DNA of 54,386 nt, the filler included, from Xylographa opegraphella (lineage: Eukaryota): NCBI GenBank assembly GCA_022813865.1. It is 10 parts of 10 records of this genome, joined end to end, with 100 filler letters (N's around TTAATTAATTAA, not from the genome) between each part and the next. Parts side by side here need not be neighbours in the genome. Positions count along the whole stretch, not along the records: positions 11,288 to 16,796 come from JALDZX010000233.1; positions 16,897 to 22,255 come from JALDZX010000234.1; positions 22,356 to 27,688 come from JALDZX010000235.1; 7 more parts are not named here. One strand, 5' to 3'. The notes beneath the pieces are model-generated. The model saw nothing but the letters and a program-made list of their open reading frames with translations, was not told the DNA's origin and searched no databases. The position numbers and the translations under genes were made by a program. Shown one piece after another: positions 12,111 through 24,519 of this stretch (position 1 is its first letter; every line of letters starts with the position of its first letter).

Positions 12111-15100
12111 AAAGTTTAAGGCTTTAAACAGGCAAAAAAAATCCAAAATAAACGTAAAGTTTTTTTATTTATAAAAACTTTAAGGGGTAAACGCTGTATA
12201 ACTTTATTTTCTTTAAAATTAAAACAAAAATTATTATATATTATAATAAACTGCTAATCAAAAAGTTTAATATTCAATTCGAATAATTCTTTAAGCTATA
12301 GTATTAAAAGGATATATTGAGAAGTTAATTATAGCGATTTTTAAAAAAGGTCGAATATTTAATAAATAATTAACAACGGGTCGTGAAATATTATTAATTA
12401 AATATATTAAACGAAAATGGGCGCGAAATAAACTCCGTAATATTTTGTAAAAAAGTTTAATTTTGATTTTTATATTCGCTTTATAATTTTTTTTAATTAA
12501 AAAAGTCAACCGACAATCGCTGAAATTTATAAATATAAAATATAATTTTTTTTAAAGTTTTGAAACATTAAATTTAACGCTTGTTAAATTAAATTTTTAT
12601 TCCGAAGTATATTTTAACTTTAGCGCTTATAATTATAAGTATTAAGAAATTAATATTATTTGAAAGTATTAAAAAAAATTTGTTAATAATAATTAGAGTC
12701 GTTTATATCGCTATGTTCACTGTCGAAAAAAATTGTAAAGCGATTATTTTTCGTGGAATTTTAAATTTTGAATGCGATAATTATTAATAAATTGTTATAA
12801 AAACTGTTATAAAAACTTACAAAAACTGTTATAAAAACTGTTATAAATATTTGTAATAAATAAAAAATACTTTAGACTTTTTTTATAATTTTAATAATTT
12901 TATTTTTTTTATTTAAATAGTATAGTTCTCGGTAAAATAATTAAATAATAAATAATTAAAAATTTCGATATATTTTAAACTACGCAAAAACTTATTTAAG
13001 TCGATAAAAATTTATAAAAAACTTTCTTTATAAATTTAAATCGCCGAAATTTCTTTCGTAATTTAATATTTATTTTTCATTTTTTGTAATATTTCTATTT
13101 GAATTTTGCTAAAAGTCTTGAGTTATTATTTTTATTATTTTTTGTTTCCAAACCGGGTTGCCATTATTTTTGATTATTAATAAAAAATTATATTATGCCT
13201 GTAATTTGATTATTAAAACGTACTTTTTAAAAATCATTTTAAAATATATAAATTTTTACGATCGCGATAAAGATTATTATTAATAAATTATTTATTTATA
13301 TATTTTTATTTTAACGCAGATTTTATTTTTTTTGCCCGACTGAATTACTTTAAAAATATTTCAAGATTTAACGCAATCTTTTTATATATTTTAAAGTATC
13401 GGCTTTATTAGCTTTATTGATTATTTCGACTTTTTTGCGTTTTATTAAAATAAATTATACGTTTTCGATTTTTAACCATATAAAAATGAATTAATAATTT
13501 ATTTAAAGTTGTTTTTTTATAAAAATAAATCCCACAGAACGATCGCGAGGCTTTCGAATTTTAAAATTATTTAAATAAAGATTATTATTTTTAATTATTA
13601 GTTTGATGATTTTCTTTATTAACGTATTAAAGAATTTATATTAATAAATTTAAATGAATTACGATATAAATTTTTATTAATATAAGAGTTCTCGCTAAAT
13701 TTTAAGCTACGGTTGCGCTTGTCAAATTATTCGTAATTTAAATCAAATTAATTATAATAATTTTTATAGCTATTGTTTATTTACATTTTTAATATATAAT
13801 CGCGTTTTTATTTTAAATAAAAAAATTCGAAAAGTAAATTTATTAACGCATTCGCGAGTTATTTAAAATCAATGTGATAATTTATAAAAATAATTGCAAT
13901 AATTTTAAATAATATTATAAATAAGAAAAATATTAAAAAATTAAAAAATAATAAAGTAGTTAAAATTGCGCTAATTAATTTGTTAAGCGCTAATTAAATT
14001 ATTTATATTTTTTTCGCGTTAAGAATTTTTAAAATACGCGATTATAATTTTATTTCGTAAATAATATTTTAAATTACGCGTATATTAATCTGGTTTATAA
14101 TGTAAAAATCTTTAATTTTTTATATAAACTTTTAACCTTTCGATATAGCGAAATTGTATTTATAATTTATTATAATATTAATATACAACGTTTATAATCG
14201 TATTTGATAAATATTATTATGAAAATTACGATAAGTAATAATATTTAAAGATTAATTTATTTACAAAAAATTTTAATTTAACTTTTTAAAAAAAATCTTT
14301 TGCTTTATTTAATTATACGTCAAATTTTTTTTATATTAATACATATTTCTTTCAACTTAATAAAACCCTAATTAATAAAGAATAAAAGAATTAAATTATA
14401 AAAATCGCAGTAATAATATATAGCAAAATTAAATAAATAGCGCGTATTTAATTAAAAATTATTTACTATAAGGGCAAAAAACCTGAATTAATTTATAATT
14501 AAATAAATAACATCGTAATAATAATAAACAAAGCCGCTGCTAAAAAAAAGGCAAATAATTATAGTAAAAAAAAGATTTTAAAAAAGCGACTTTCAAAATA
14601 AAAGTTGTATTTAATGGGAAAACTTTATTATTAATTATCGGGTAAATGAAAAAACCGAGACGCTATAAACCGAATAGTAAATAATAATTATATTTATAAT
14701 ACTTTTTATATTAATCCCTCGCTTAGTTTTAATATTATTATAAATTAAAAAAGAATAAAAGCTGACTGATTTTTGAATACTAAACCCATTTTTTAAATAA
14801 TTATTTAAAATATTATTTAAAATATTAATACAAAATCTGATTTACGCTTCTAGCGTATTACTTTAAACGTTTTTCAAAAATTAATAAAAAAATAAACTAA
14901 TATATTTAGAAGTCAATTTTATTAATTAATTTACATATAATAATCGCTAATAATATTATAGTAGCAAATCTTTTGACTATTTATACTAAAAAACTACTTT
15001 ATAATTTAAAAATATTTCGTTGATTAATTAGCTTTAAAAATAATAACGAAAAATTATAATTACATTAATCTTTATAGTTATTATTTCTTATTAATTAATA

Positions 15101-16050
15101 TATAAATTTATAAGCGCAGCCAGGAGAAAATTTTTGAATTTCTGTATTAATATTTTAATATAAAAAAGTTAATGCTTTATATAAATTCTATATAATTAAA
15201 TTAATTTAATTCAATTTAGAAAAAAAACCCACTTTAATTTAAAAAAACCGAACCCAGAGTGGGTTAAATTGTTTATTTAATAATTTAGCCCAATTCAACT
15301 CATGCCGCAGTATATATAAAGTTTTAAATTAACGAATATTATTCGTAAATATTCATTAACGCTGTAACTTTACAAATATTTAACGTAATTTAAAAATTTT
15401 GACGAACTTAAATTTTTTACGTAAATTTGATTTAATCACGTATTTATATTATTTATATAAATTTAGTAAAAAATTTGCTTAAAAAAATTCAAAAAATTCA
15501 AAAAAATTCAATTTATTTTTACTAATTATTTTTAAATATGTTTTTTAAACGAATTAATCATTTTTTAACTTTTTTAACTTTTTTTTTAATTTTTTTTTAA
15601 TTTAATAAAAAAGTAATTAAACGTGTTAAACGTATTAAACGTGTTAAATGCGCAAAAAATATGCAAATAATATATATAAATTAAAAATCTTGTGTTATTT
15701 CTGTAGATTTATTTTTTGCGCAAAAAATATTTTTTGATCGAATTTTCGTTTTTCCTGTTTATTAATGTAAAAAACTTATAAAAACGATTTATATTTTATT
15801 AAATTTTAAATTATTACAAATTTATCAAATTTATTATTAAACTTTGAACGATTATTAAAATATTAATATATATAAAATAGTTAAAATAATTTTTGATAGC
15901 GAAAACATTTTTTTGCCCCAAAAATATTAAAATAATCAATAAATAATGGTAAATATTTAAAGCAATATAATCGCAATAATAAATATATATTTATAAATTG
16001 AAAAAGTATTTTTTTAAAATAGTTTTTATTTATTATAATATAATTATTAT
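12110..16050. repeat. AT-rich RIP-degraded repeat DNA, unclassified
   Basis: Extremely low GC, residual C/G mostly in CpG, no credible ORF. Confidence 0.7.
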
Positions 16051-16059
16051 TAAAATAAA

Positions 16060-16368
16060 AAAAATTCAAATCGAATTTGAATCGTTAATGAAATAATATT
16101 TCCGCTTCGATCAGTATTTATTTTCTTTTCGAGTTTAATTTCAAGAGATTTTAATTTTATATTTGAACGTTATATATTTAAAGAGATATTCTTTTTGCTG
16201 AATCATTTTGTTATTATCATATTATATTGCTTTGTATTATAATACAGTATAACTGCTTTAAGAATAAAGGGGTTGAAATCGAACTTCGACTGCTAATGAA
16301 GCAGTATTTCCGCTTCGATCTGTACTTATTTCCTTTTCAAATTTAGCTTCAGGGAGGCCTTGGCTTTA
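16060..16368. repeat. Two tandem copies of a dispersed ~100-200 bp repeat also present at 21631-21780
   Basis: Shared core TTCAAATCGAAC...GCAGTATTTCCGCTYCGAT...AGTTTAGCTYCAGGG. Confidence 0.8.
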
Positions 16369-16796
16369 GGAGTTTTCCCGGGTTAATGCACGGCCCGATG
16401 CCAATGCACACCCCCGCGCCGAAACCCTACCCTGATATAAATCGAATATCTTCATCAATATGAACTCAATTGAGGCCGCGCTGGCAGATTTAGATCTGCA
16501 GAACACCCCCAATTATACTGCTACTGCGCTAAAGTACAATGTGACTCGTACTACGCTGGCACGACGTCATAAAGGCATAACGGCCGCAAAAGAGGTCCTT
16601 CCGCATAATAATCAATTGCTCAGCATCGAACAGCTCAATGGCCTTGTTAAGTACATTAATGAGCTTACCGATCGTGGCTTACCACCTACGAATGCTATGG
16701 TCCGTACATTTGCACGTAATATATGTGGAAATTGGCCAGGCAAAAACTGGGTTTATGAATTCGTAAAATCCAAGAAGAACAACCTCAAATCAGGGT
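16369..16796 (+). mobile_element. pogo/Fot1-like DNA transposon 5' end with transposase N-terminus (CDS from 16460)
   Basis: Starts right after TA. MNSIEAALADL...YNVTRTTLARRHKG (HTH) and INELTDRGLPPT...GKNWVYEF (CENP-B-type HTH). Cut by the contig end. Confidence 0.88.
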
Positions 16797-16896
16797 NNNN
16801 NNNNNNNNNNNNNNNNNNNNNNNNNNNNNNNNNNNNNNNNTTAATTAATTAANNNNNNNNNNNNNNNNNNNNNNNNNNNNNNNNNNNNNNNNNNNN

Positions 16897-16955
16897 GATT
16901 AAGCAATGCACTGTTACCTGCTGCCATTACCTGTGCCTAGTGATTAGTTTCAATA
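16897..16955 (+). mobile_element. Partial LTR, family E
   Basis: Matches the reverse complement of 9898-9956. Confidence 0.85.
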
Positions 16956-17532
16956 CAATTTTAAATTATAACGCGGCTGGGGTTTTAATTTTTATATTAT
17001 ATTAAAAAATACGTTAAAACTTACTTTAATTATTTTAATTATTTTAAATTTCAAAGCTCAGAAATCAACGACGATAATAAAAAAAAAGAAAAAGATAACA
17101 AGTTTTAATATTATATTTCTAGCGATTTTAATATTAATATCGCGATAATGTATTAAACCCTAAGCGAGTTTTATTAAATATTATGTTTACGCACATAAAT
17201 TGCACCACGAATACTACGAATTAAAATTTAATTTATTTACTAAATATAAATTTCGATTCGATTATTAAATTTATTTATTAACAATTTTATTATTATGCGT
17301 GGCTGTAAGACAATAAAATAATCAAAATAATAATGATTCAAAAAGTGGCTAAATCGCCGAGAGTGGCTGGAGACCCGCCCCCCACGAAGCGAAGCGGAGT
17401 GGGTTTTTAACCGACGGATAATGCGCCCCGTCTAAGGAACTGAGGCAACCTTCGTACTTGTTACACAACTGCAATCAGACTTTAGGGGCTCAAACATAAG
17501 AGCTGTCATGCTTTTGATTCAAATAATTGCTC

Positions 17533-18996
17533 ATGAGCACCATCAATTTGTATGCCGAGCTCTTGAGAAACATACAACAAGTGACCGTCGTCGCTACTTT
17601 GCCTTCGGAGCAAGACGGTACAACTGTGTTCGAGCTATCTCCGGACAAAGTGACTCTAACCTTGAAACACGGCAGCCAGCATGCTACTATCGTTCTTCCT
17701 GGAGTAATTGACGCTTCGAAGATCTTGGAGATTCCGAGATCGACGGATAAGTCCATATTCCTACGTCTGCAAGCGTCGCCAGATGTCGAATCGGCTGCCG
17801 CTCATGAATATCGCACCTCAAGCAAGGTTCCCTGGAGCGCGAGTTCCTTAAGTGCTCATACACGGATTGCTTGTAACTCCTGTGGGGCTGTGATCGTTGA
17901 TGGCACTGTGAGAACCTGGAAAGACCTCCCAAGTGAAAACTGGGCAGAGATGATGGATTTTTGGCACTGTCATAAACCCAGCAACGATAGCCGCCACTCT
18001 ATCAAATATTCTAAAGGCTACACGGCCGCTGACCGTATCCATACCAAGTCAGGCGTGGCGCTCGTAGATACTTGTCATGTTATAATATTTGCTGAAGACT
18101 GCAAAGGCATGAATGTAGGTCTATAATTGTTGCTCTCTTATTGTCAAGGCTTCTCGCGCTGTTCTTTTGCCCGCCAAAGGGCAGTCAGAAAGTGACTTGT
18201 TGCCACGGTTTCTCGTGGTTAATGACATGGTTACCGATACAAATGCCCAAGAATAAACACGCTTCAGCAATTGACTTGAACTCTGTTATCCTCTTTGGTT
18301 TCTCAACCATTAGATGGGTTTCTAGACTTGTCCTTGATGTGTCATGGCTGTGTTGCTGCAATTTTCGCCGTTGGACATTTGAGCATTCTGTCTTTGCGGG
18401 ATTCCTTGCTGTACAATAAACTTACAAGATATAGGATAGTAGCAGCAACAACCCAATCGTATCATGCATACATTGCCGGAAACCTCTCGGGCTCAAAGAC
18501 CCAATATTCGAAGGCGTTCGCTTAGACAAATGGAGTATTGCATTGGGGACTACAGATCACGCGGTGTGGGAACGCTATCCTGCCCAGGTTTTCGTTTCTG
18601 GCCAGCTTCTGGAGCTGCTAGACAGCCAAGGAACCAGAAAGTTTCTGGCTTATAGTGAGTCTCTAGCAGAGGCACGGGAGGGATTGCTTGTGAGATCAAT
18701 GTTGCTTAATGATTAATGGTCACTGATCGTTGTAGCTTTGGGTTTTCAATCCCGAAGTACGATATTCCACGTCCAAGAAGTTTCGGGTCTTTGCTCGTGC
18801 GATGAAGATATTGTACAGATTCATCAACAATCCACATTTAATTCTAGAGCAACACAGCTTGTCGTTTGAGGCACTGAAGCTCTCTCCATCTGTACTGAGC
18901 AAAATCCACGCAGACCTAGCCGATACCAATAGCCTTCTTCCTGAATCCGCACGAACTTTACAAGATTGGCAGGTGGGATTCTTAGATAGGTACTAA
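17533..18996 (+). CDS. Ubiquitin-conjugating enzyme E2-binding protein (HECT_2 family; Ipa1/UBE3D-like). Exons 17533-18114, 18435-18689, 18736-18996, ~365 aa
   Basis: LYAELLRNI, CNSC, WKDLPSENWAEMMDFWHCHKP, CIHC, LWVFNP, MKILY, LLPESAR..QDWQVGFL. GT-AG introns with branch sites keep the frame. Confidence 0.9.
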
Positions 18997-20558
18997 AGTA
19001 TCCAGGACCTTGTTTCTCGACCACGATTACAGCATAATTTGAGACTAAAAGTTGAAATTGTGAAATTGTGGAATCTCCACTCTTGTGGTTATGAATTGCT
19101 TTCAGTACCCAGATTCTGCCAACTTCAGGTTTCGCATACTCTACGACCGTCACAGTGTTATGAATTCACCGAGTCCCCTCGATACATTGACCTCATTACT
19201 TTTATCTACCCATACTTTCAAGATTAATCCACGACCACTGCCTCAAACACCAGACCATTGTCAGCACCCTGACTAAGTTTAGGCTTCTGGATTTGGTCTT
19301 GCTGCTACGGCAATCTTTATCTTCAACCGAGTTTGGATTGCCCAAACATAAACTCAGTTGCGACTTCTTAAGATGCTCGCAGTGTCGGCTCCTCAGTACG
19401 TGCTGCTAAATATCCATCAGTGATTCCTATTTCTGTATAGTCATGTAACTCTGGTATTGGCTTGTCACATCCATTCTTCACTCATACAGCCGCTTCTCCA
19501 TACTTACTTTGGCCCGTCGAAGTATGTTCGAAGAACAACTCAAGGCAGGACTTACGAATCTAACCATCGACCAAGTTCGCCTGCATGCTCCAATTCTCAG
19601 CCCATCAAACTGCACCGGGGACTTTGGAAGACACCACGAGTGATTCTATTACGCCCTTATTACTCGAAGTAATTCCATGTTCAGTAGCCGTTTCGCACAA
19701 CAGAACCCCACAACCTATCCCTCTGATACCGCGTTACGTCTTAAGTGCAGACCGAATTTTTCGGAACCCTATCTGGCTTCAACATTATTTTGTCAGGTAT
19801 CGCCCATCGAAGCGAGCGTCGACAATAATCCAAGCTCATATCGTGGAATTCTTCCGGCCAGTCTGTTAATCTCTCCGGTTTCATATCCTTAAACCGGTAA
19901 ATTACGCTGCTTAACCCACGATGAGCCTTGTAATTTACGGACGCCGCGCCAGGAGTTGACAACAGATCACACAGTGAGCAAAGGTACCTCCGTACTAGGT
20001 CAGAAAAAGGGTCTGCGACTCTCGGGATTATATTCTAGGAGTAGGGTAGCTCTCGCAATCGTGTGAACAGGGGATATAGCTCCGCGTGGCGGGTCCAAGC
20101 GCAAGCCTCCGGCTGCAGAGCTGGTTCTAAGAACCGATTACGAAGATAAGGAGGAGTGCTGGGATGAGAGTAGATTCCGAGGACTCGAGATGGACGAGAG
20201 GTTGCTGGAGATTGGCGGAGAACTATTCAACGTGAGGATTGGAAGTCAAGAAAAATTAAGCAGAGTCTTCAGCGACACATATTGGTGATAAAGCCAGGTC
20301 ATCGAGGATCTTCCAAGTGTCTTTTAGAGGACGGGTCGTGGTCGATCTTTCGAAATACTTACCGTACGGTTATCTGGGGGGTGCTTGGTTAAATGAGATT
20401 ACATGAAGATCATTTTATAGGATGATGCTCGTTTCATACGACAAATCTAAAGTAGTAAATCATCGACATTGCATCCAAAGTAGATTAGCATCTATCAAAG
20501 CCCAGCTTGTCTAGAAAATGCGCCGTTCTATTCCACAAGTTATAATTTGAAACCGATC

Positions 20559-21279
20559 TCAACCAACCTCCTGCATTGCTAACTCCCAAATACTTTGTCG
20601 GTCACTTGTGGCCGGAGTGCCAATGCAGTCAGTTACATAAGTCTGCCATCCGGCTAGAGTCCCCGAACGCACCCCCGCCCTTACTGCTGTTGAGCACTGG
20701 ATAGTGAAATACCAAGCCGCGGACCCAAAGTCGTAGTCGTCGTTTCCGGTCAAGAGTGCTCGAACTTGGTTGAGCTGGATGTCTGACAAAGCAGCGATAG
20801 CAGCGCCTCCAGTAATGGCGGCGATAGACGGCGCGAGTGCCGGGATGGAGTTCGCATAAAGCACATTGAAGCTGGCCGATTGCATGTTTCGTGCTAAAAT
20901 ATTGTCAGCTATCTGTTAGACAACGAGGCATAAGGAAGATTGATTTACTTCCTTGTCCCGGGTTTCCAGGAAAGTAATTATTTTGGTACTTGAAGTCCGC
21001 GGTCTCAAAAGCCATCAAGCTGATCAGAGCAGCCATTTCAGCGCTTGATACTATATCATACGTTACGAATGATCTAATAATGGGGCCCACTGCCTGCGAG
21101 GCTGTACGGCACTCGAACGGATAAGGTATACCGCCGCAAGTATCTGACTGAGGAGCGATGATCAACAGCTTGGAGGCAATTGGATTTTCGGAAGTGTTTT
21201 GCCGATGCAAAAATATCGGAACTACGGAGGACAACGTGAGGAGCAGTAATGACTCGATGCAGAAGAGTGCCAGAAGCAT
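20559..21279 (-). CDS. Small secreted fungal protein of unknown function. Exons 21279-20949, 20893-20559, 221 aa
   Basis: Hydrophobic signal peptide. A 55-nt GTAAAT...GCTGAC...TAG intron joins FETADFKYQNNYFPGNPGQG to TRNMQ. DYDFGSAAWY and four Cys. Confidence 0.85.
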
Positions 21280-21630
21280 GATGATTATGTTCGTTTTGCC
21301 GTACGTGTCGATAGTGGTAATGTTTTTGTCTGTCGAGGAAATGATGGAAAGAGTATACGCTGAAAAGGTCAGATATGCAAAGGCTCATACAGAACAGTTA
21401 TAACAATAAATAGCCTTTGTCAAGAACAAAATGACAAAGGACTCAAAGAAATCACAATTTCATTCACAGGCAAGCAATTTGAGGACAATAGGGCCAAGAA
21501 TGTATGTTATGTGCTATCAAACCATGGTGTGATTAAATGAGCTTTGTTTTGGGAAGGCGGATCACAGGATGGGTACCACTGATTTTCCAGCATATTTATG
21601 TTTCAGTACGAAGCTGTTTCATTGCAGCGT

Positions 21631-21780
21631 TGCTGCACTAAGGATGAGGGGGTTCAAATCGAACATCGGGCGCTAGTGAGGCAGTATTTCCGCTCCGATG
21701 TGTCCTTTATTTCCTATTCAAGTTTAGCTCCAGGGGGTCCCTGGCTCTTAACAACGCTGCATATTGAGCGAGAGGTATTA
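21631..21780. repeat. Least-mutated copy of the dispersed repeat seen at 16060-16368
   Basis: Direct alignment. Lies at the gene/AT-rich boundary. Confidence 0.75.
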
Positions 21781-22017
21781 CAATGTGTTAAAGTATGTAA
21801 TAATATGTCATAATTGCAGATGATTAATCAGTATAATACAATGTATAAGAAACGTAATATTATTGTAAAAATTACGTAAATAACGTTAATTATATAAATT
21901 ACTTTATAATTACGACTACTTACGTATAATTACGTATATATTACTTAATCGAATATAATATTTAATTAAAATAATATTCGATCGATCGATTCGAATATTT
22001 AATTATTAATTAATAAT

Positions 22018-22255
22018 TGTTACGACTCGCTATCTCACCAGAAAAGCAGGCCTAGAACCACAGCTATAGGTGAGCGATTTCAACCTAGAATAATANAANG
22101 AAGCAAGTTTAGTAATACACGTAGAAGTTAAAATAAACAGTGCTGACGCCAAGACTCCTAACCGCTTTCGAACTAGCCTAAGTCCCGGACGCGCTTTAGT
22201 CCCGGACGCGCTTTAGTCCCGGACGCGCTTTAGTCCCGGACGCGCTTTAGTCCCG
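22018..22255 (-). mobile_element. LTR family D, partial, with a 17-bp tandem expansion
   Basis: Matches 4583-4770. AGTCCCGGACGCGCTTT x4+ at 22181-22255. Confidence 0.88.
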
Positions 22256-22355
22256 NNNNNNNNNNNNNNNNNNNNNNNNNNNNNNNNNNNNNNNNNNNNT
22301 TAATTAATTAANNNNNNNNNNNNNNNNNNNNNNNNNNNNNNNNNNNNNNNNNNNN

Positions 22356-22415
22356 ATCGTCCACCTAAAGCTTACGTTCTAGGCGTGCTTGTGTGGTGAG
22401 TTGATGAGCCGTAAC
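22356..22415 (+). mobile_element. Partial LTR, family A
   Basis: Matches 1905-1964. Confidence 0.85.
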
Positions 22416-23137
22416 GTTGTTAAACATTTAAAATCATTAATAAAACGTTTTATTTAATTATTCTAAATAAATTGACGATTTATTTATTTAAAAAAACAAT
22501 TTATTTCATTAAATCTGTTTTTTAAATTTCGCGAACTCGACGTTATTTTAGCGTTTTATAAAATAATGTTTAATATATATATTTTTTGAAAAAAAATTAT
22601 TTTCTTTTATTTCTTTTTATTTTTTAAACGACGTATCGATTATTTTTAAACTTGTCGCGTATTTCGTATTAATACAATTAATTTGACGCGTTAAAATCAG
22701 ATTATTATAAGTATTTTACGCTTCTTATCGCAAAAAATGTATAAAAAACGTAAAAACGGCTATCATTATACGTTGAATAATTTAATCAACTGGAATATAA
22801 GTATATTTTAAGAATTTGCTTTTCCTCTTGCGTGATTGTTCCTCGAAACTTTAATAATTATATTTAAAATTAATATTTAAAATGTTACGCTTTAATTATT
22901 AATTCAATTAATAATATCAATATTTTTCCACTTTTGTAACATCGACTTTAATTAATTTATCAAGAAATTTATTTAATAATTTTATAAAAAAATTCTTTAA
23001 ATAAAATTACTCTTTTAATCAATAAATATATATTCATGGTTGCAAATGCGTTATTTTATATATTTATATTCATTAATTAATTAATTGAATCATTTTCGTA
23101 AAAAGATTTCTTCGCTATTAAAAATTATAATAATAAT

Positions 23138-23327
23138 TGTTGAATTTAATCACTAGGCACAGGGGTTTTGGCAGCAGATAGCAGTGCATTGCTTAATCAC
23201 TAAGAAGGTGAAGAGTTCTCCTGAAGCGAAAGCTTCAGAAGACTCTTCGAGTCCTGTACTAAGCTAGTCCTAATTGGCTATAGTACAAGCCGACAACACA
23301 GGCTGCTAACCCCCTGGATTTTCAACA
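23138..23327 (-). mobile_element. LTR, divergent family E subfamily
   Basis: TGTTGAA...TTCAACA, colinear with 9898-10085 with many substitutions. No clear TSD. Confidence 0.85.
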
Positions 23328-24519
23328 TGTTATAAAATTATAAAATAAAAGTTTATATTGATTATTTTAAAAACATTAATAAATATTAAAATACATTTAT
23401 TATTTTATTCGATATTAAAATATATTTTAAAATGATCGACGTTAAGGTTATAAATTTATTTTTTATATTACAATATTACGATATTTATGTTATTATATTT
23501 TTAAGTCAAATTTTAATTAATGCATATAAAAGTTACTGACATATTTAGATAAAAATAATATATTTAATTTAAATTATTAAGGAAACTCGATATATATTAA
23601 AAGCTATAAAATTTTAATTTTAATAATATATATCGATTATTTTACGATTATTATTATCGCAATCTAAATTAATTTATTAATTATAAATATTGAAAAATTT
23701 AATTTTTAATTCGTTAAAGTTTTAAAATACTTTTAAAGGTTTAAATTTATTATTAAATATAAACTCGATCGATTTCATATTGTATTAAACGTTATTTTTA
23801 AATATAAATAACGATAATACGCGCAACGATTACGATAGTTTTATAATAATTTAAATTATTTCTATAATTATTAAGCGATTATAATAAATATGTTTTTTAA
23901 TTTCAAAGCCAAATTTATTATTAAATACGAAATCAATTTTTATTAGCGTAAAACTTCTAAGAAAATTTATAACAATAATATAACAAATATATGCGCGATA
24001 TTTCTTTCGTACGAAAAAAATAATAAATATTCTTATTTAAAATTTTTTAATAATAATCGAAAAAATTATATATATTGTATAATTCAAAAAAAACGTAATA
24101 TATATAACGTAAAATTTATACGATTATCCTGAATATTATTATATTTACGAAAGAATTACGATTTTTTTATATATTCATTAATTTAAATATTAATTTAAAA
24201 TATATATTAAAATTTCTAAGCGTATTTTAAAAATTAAATTAAACGATATAAATTTTAAAAAAATTCAATCGATTTAACGCTTAATATTTTTTTATTACGT
24301 AATAACATTTTTTATTTTCGCTTTATTAAAATTATCATAAAAACACGACTGCTGCATTATCCCAATATATAAATTCAATAAAAGAATTGATATAATATTA
24401 AAAAAATATTTATACGATACAAAATTAAATTAAAGTTTTCTTACTATATTTTTAAATCGTCGAATATTTTATTTCGGAAGTTATACTTTTACTTGTGACT
24501 GATGTCATAATTGTCACAA

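Noticed and set aside
12291..16069. Short I/K/N/F/Y-rich ORFs in AT-rich blocks (also 24856 and 43589)
   Set aside because: Composition is that of RIP-degraded DNA, so these are chance ORFs.
16290..16320. Hammerhead ribozyme core (CTAATGA as mutated CTGATGA)
   Set aside because: No GAAA after stem II, and the best-preserved copy reads CTAGTGA.
19270..20350. Additional gene between the HECT_2 and secreted-protein genes
   Set aside because: GC-normal, but only short ORFs with no recognisable motif or consistent splice model.
16252..21780. Direct repeats flanking the two-gene island as a mobile cassette
   Set aside because: A contig linker at 16797 lies between the copies, so the arrangement is artificial.
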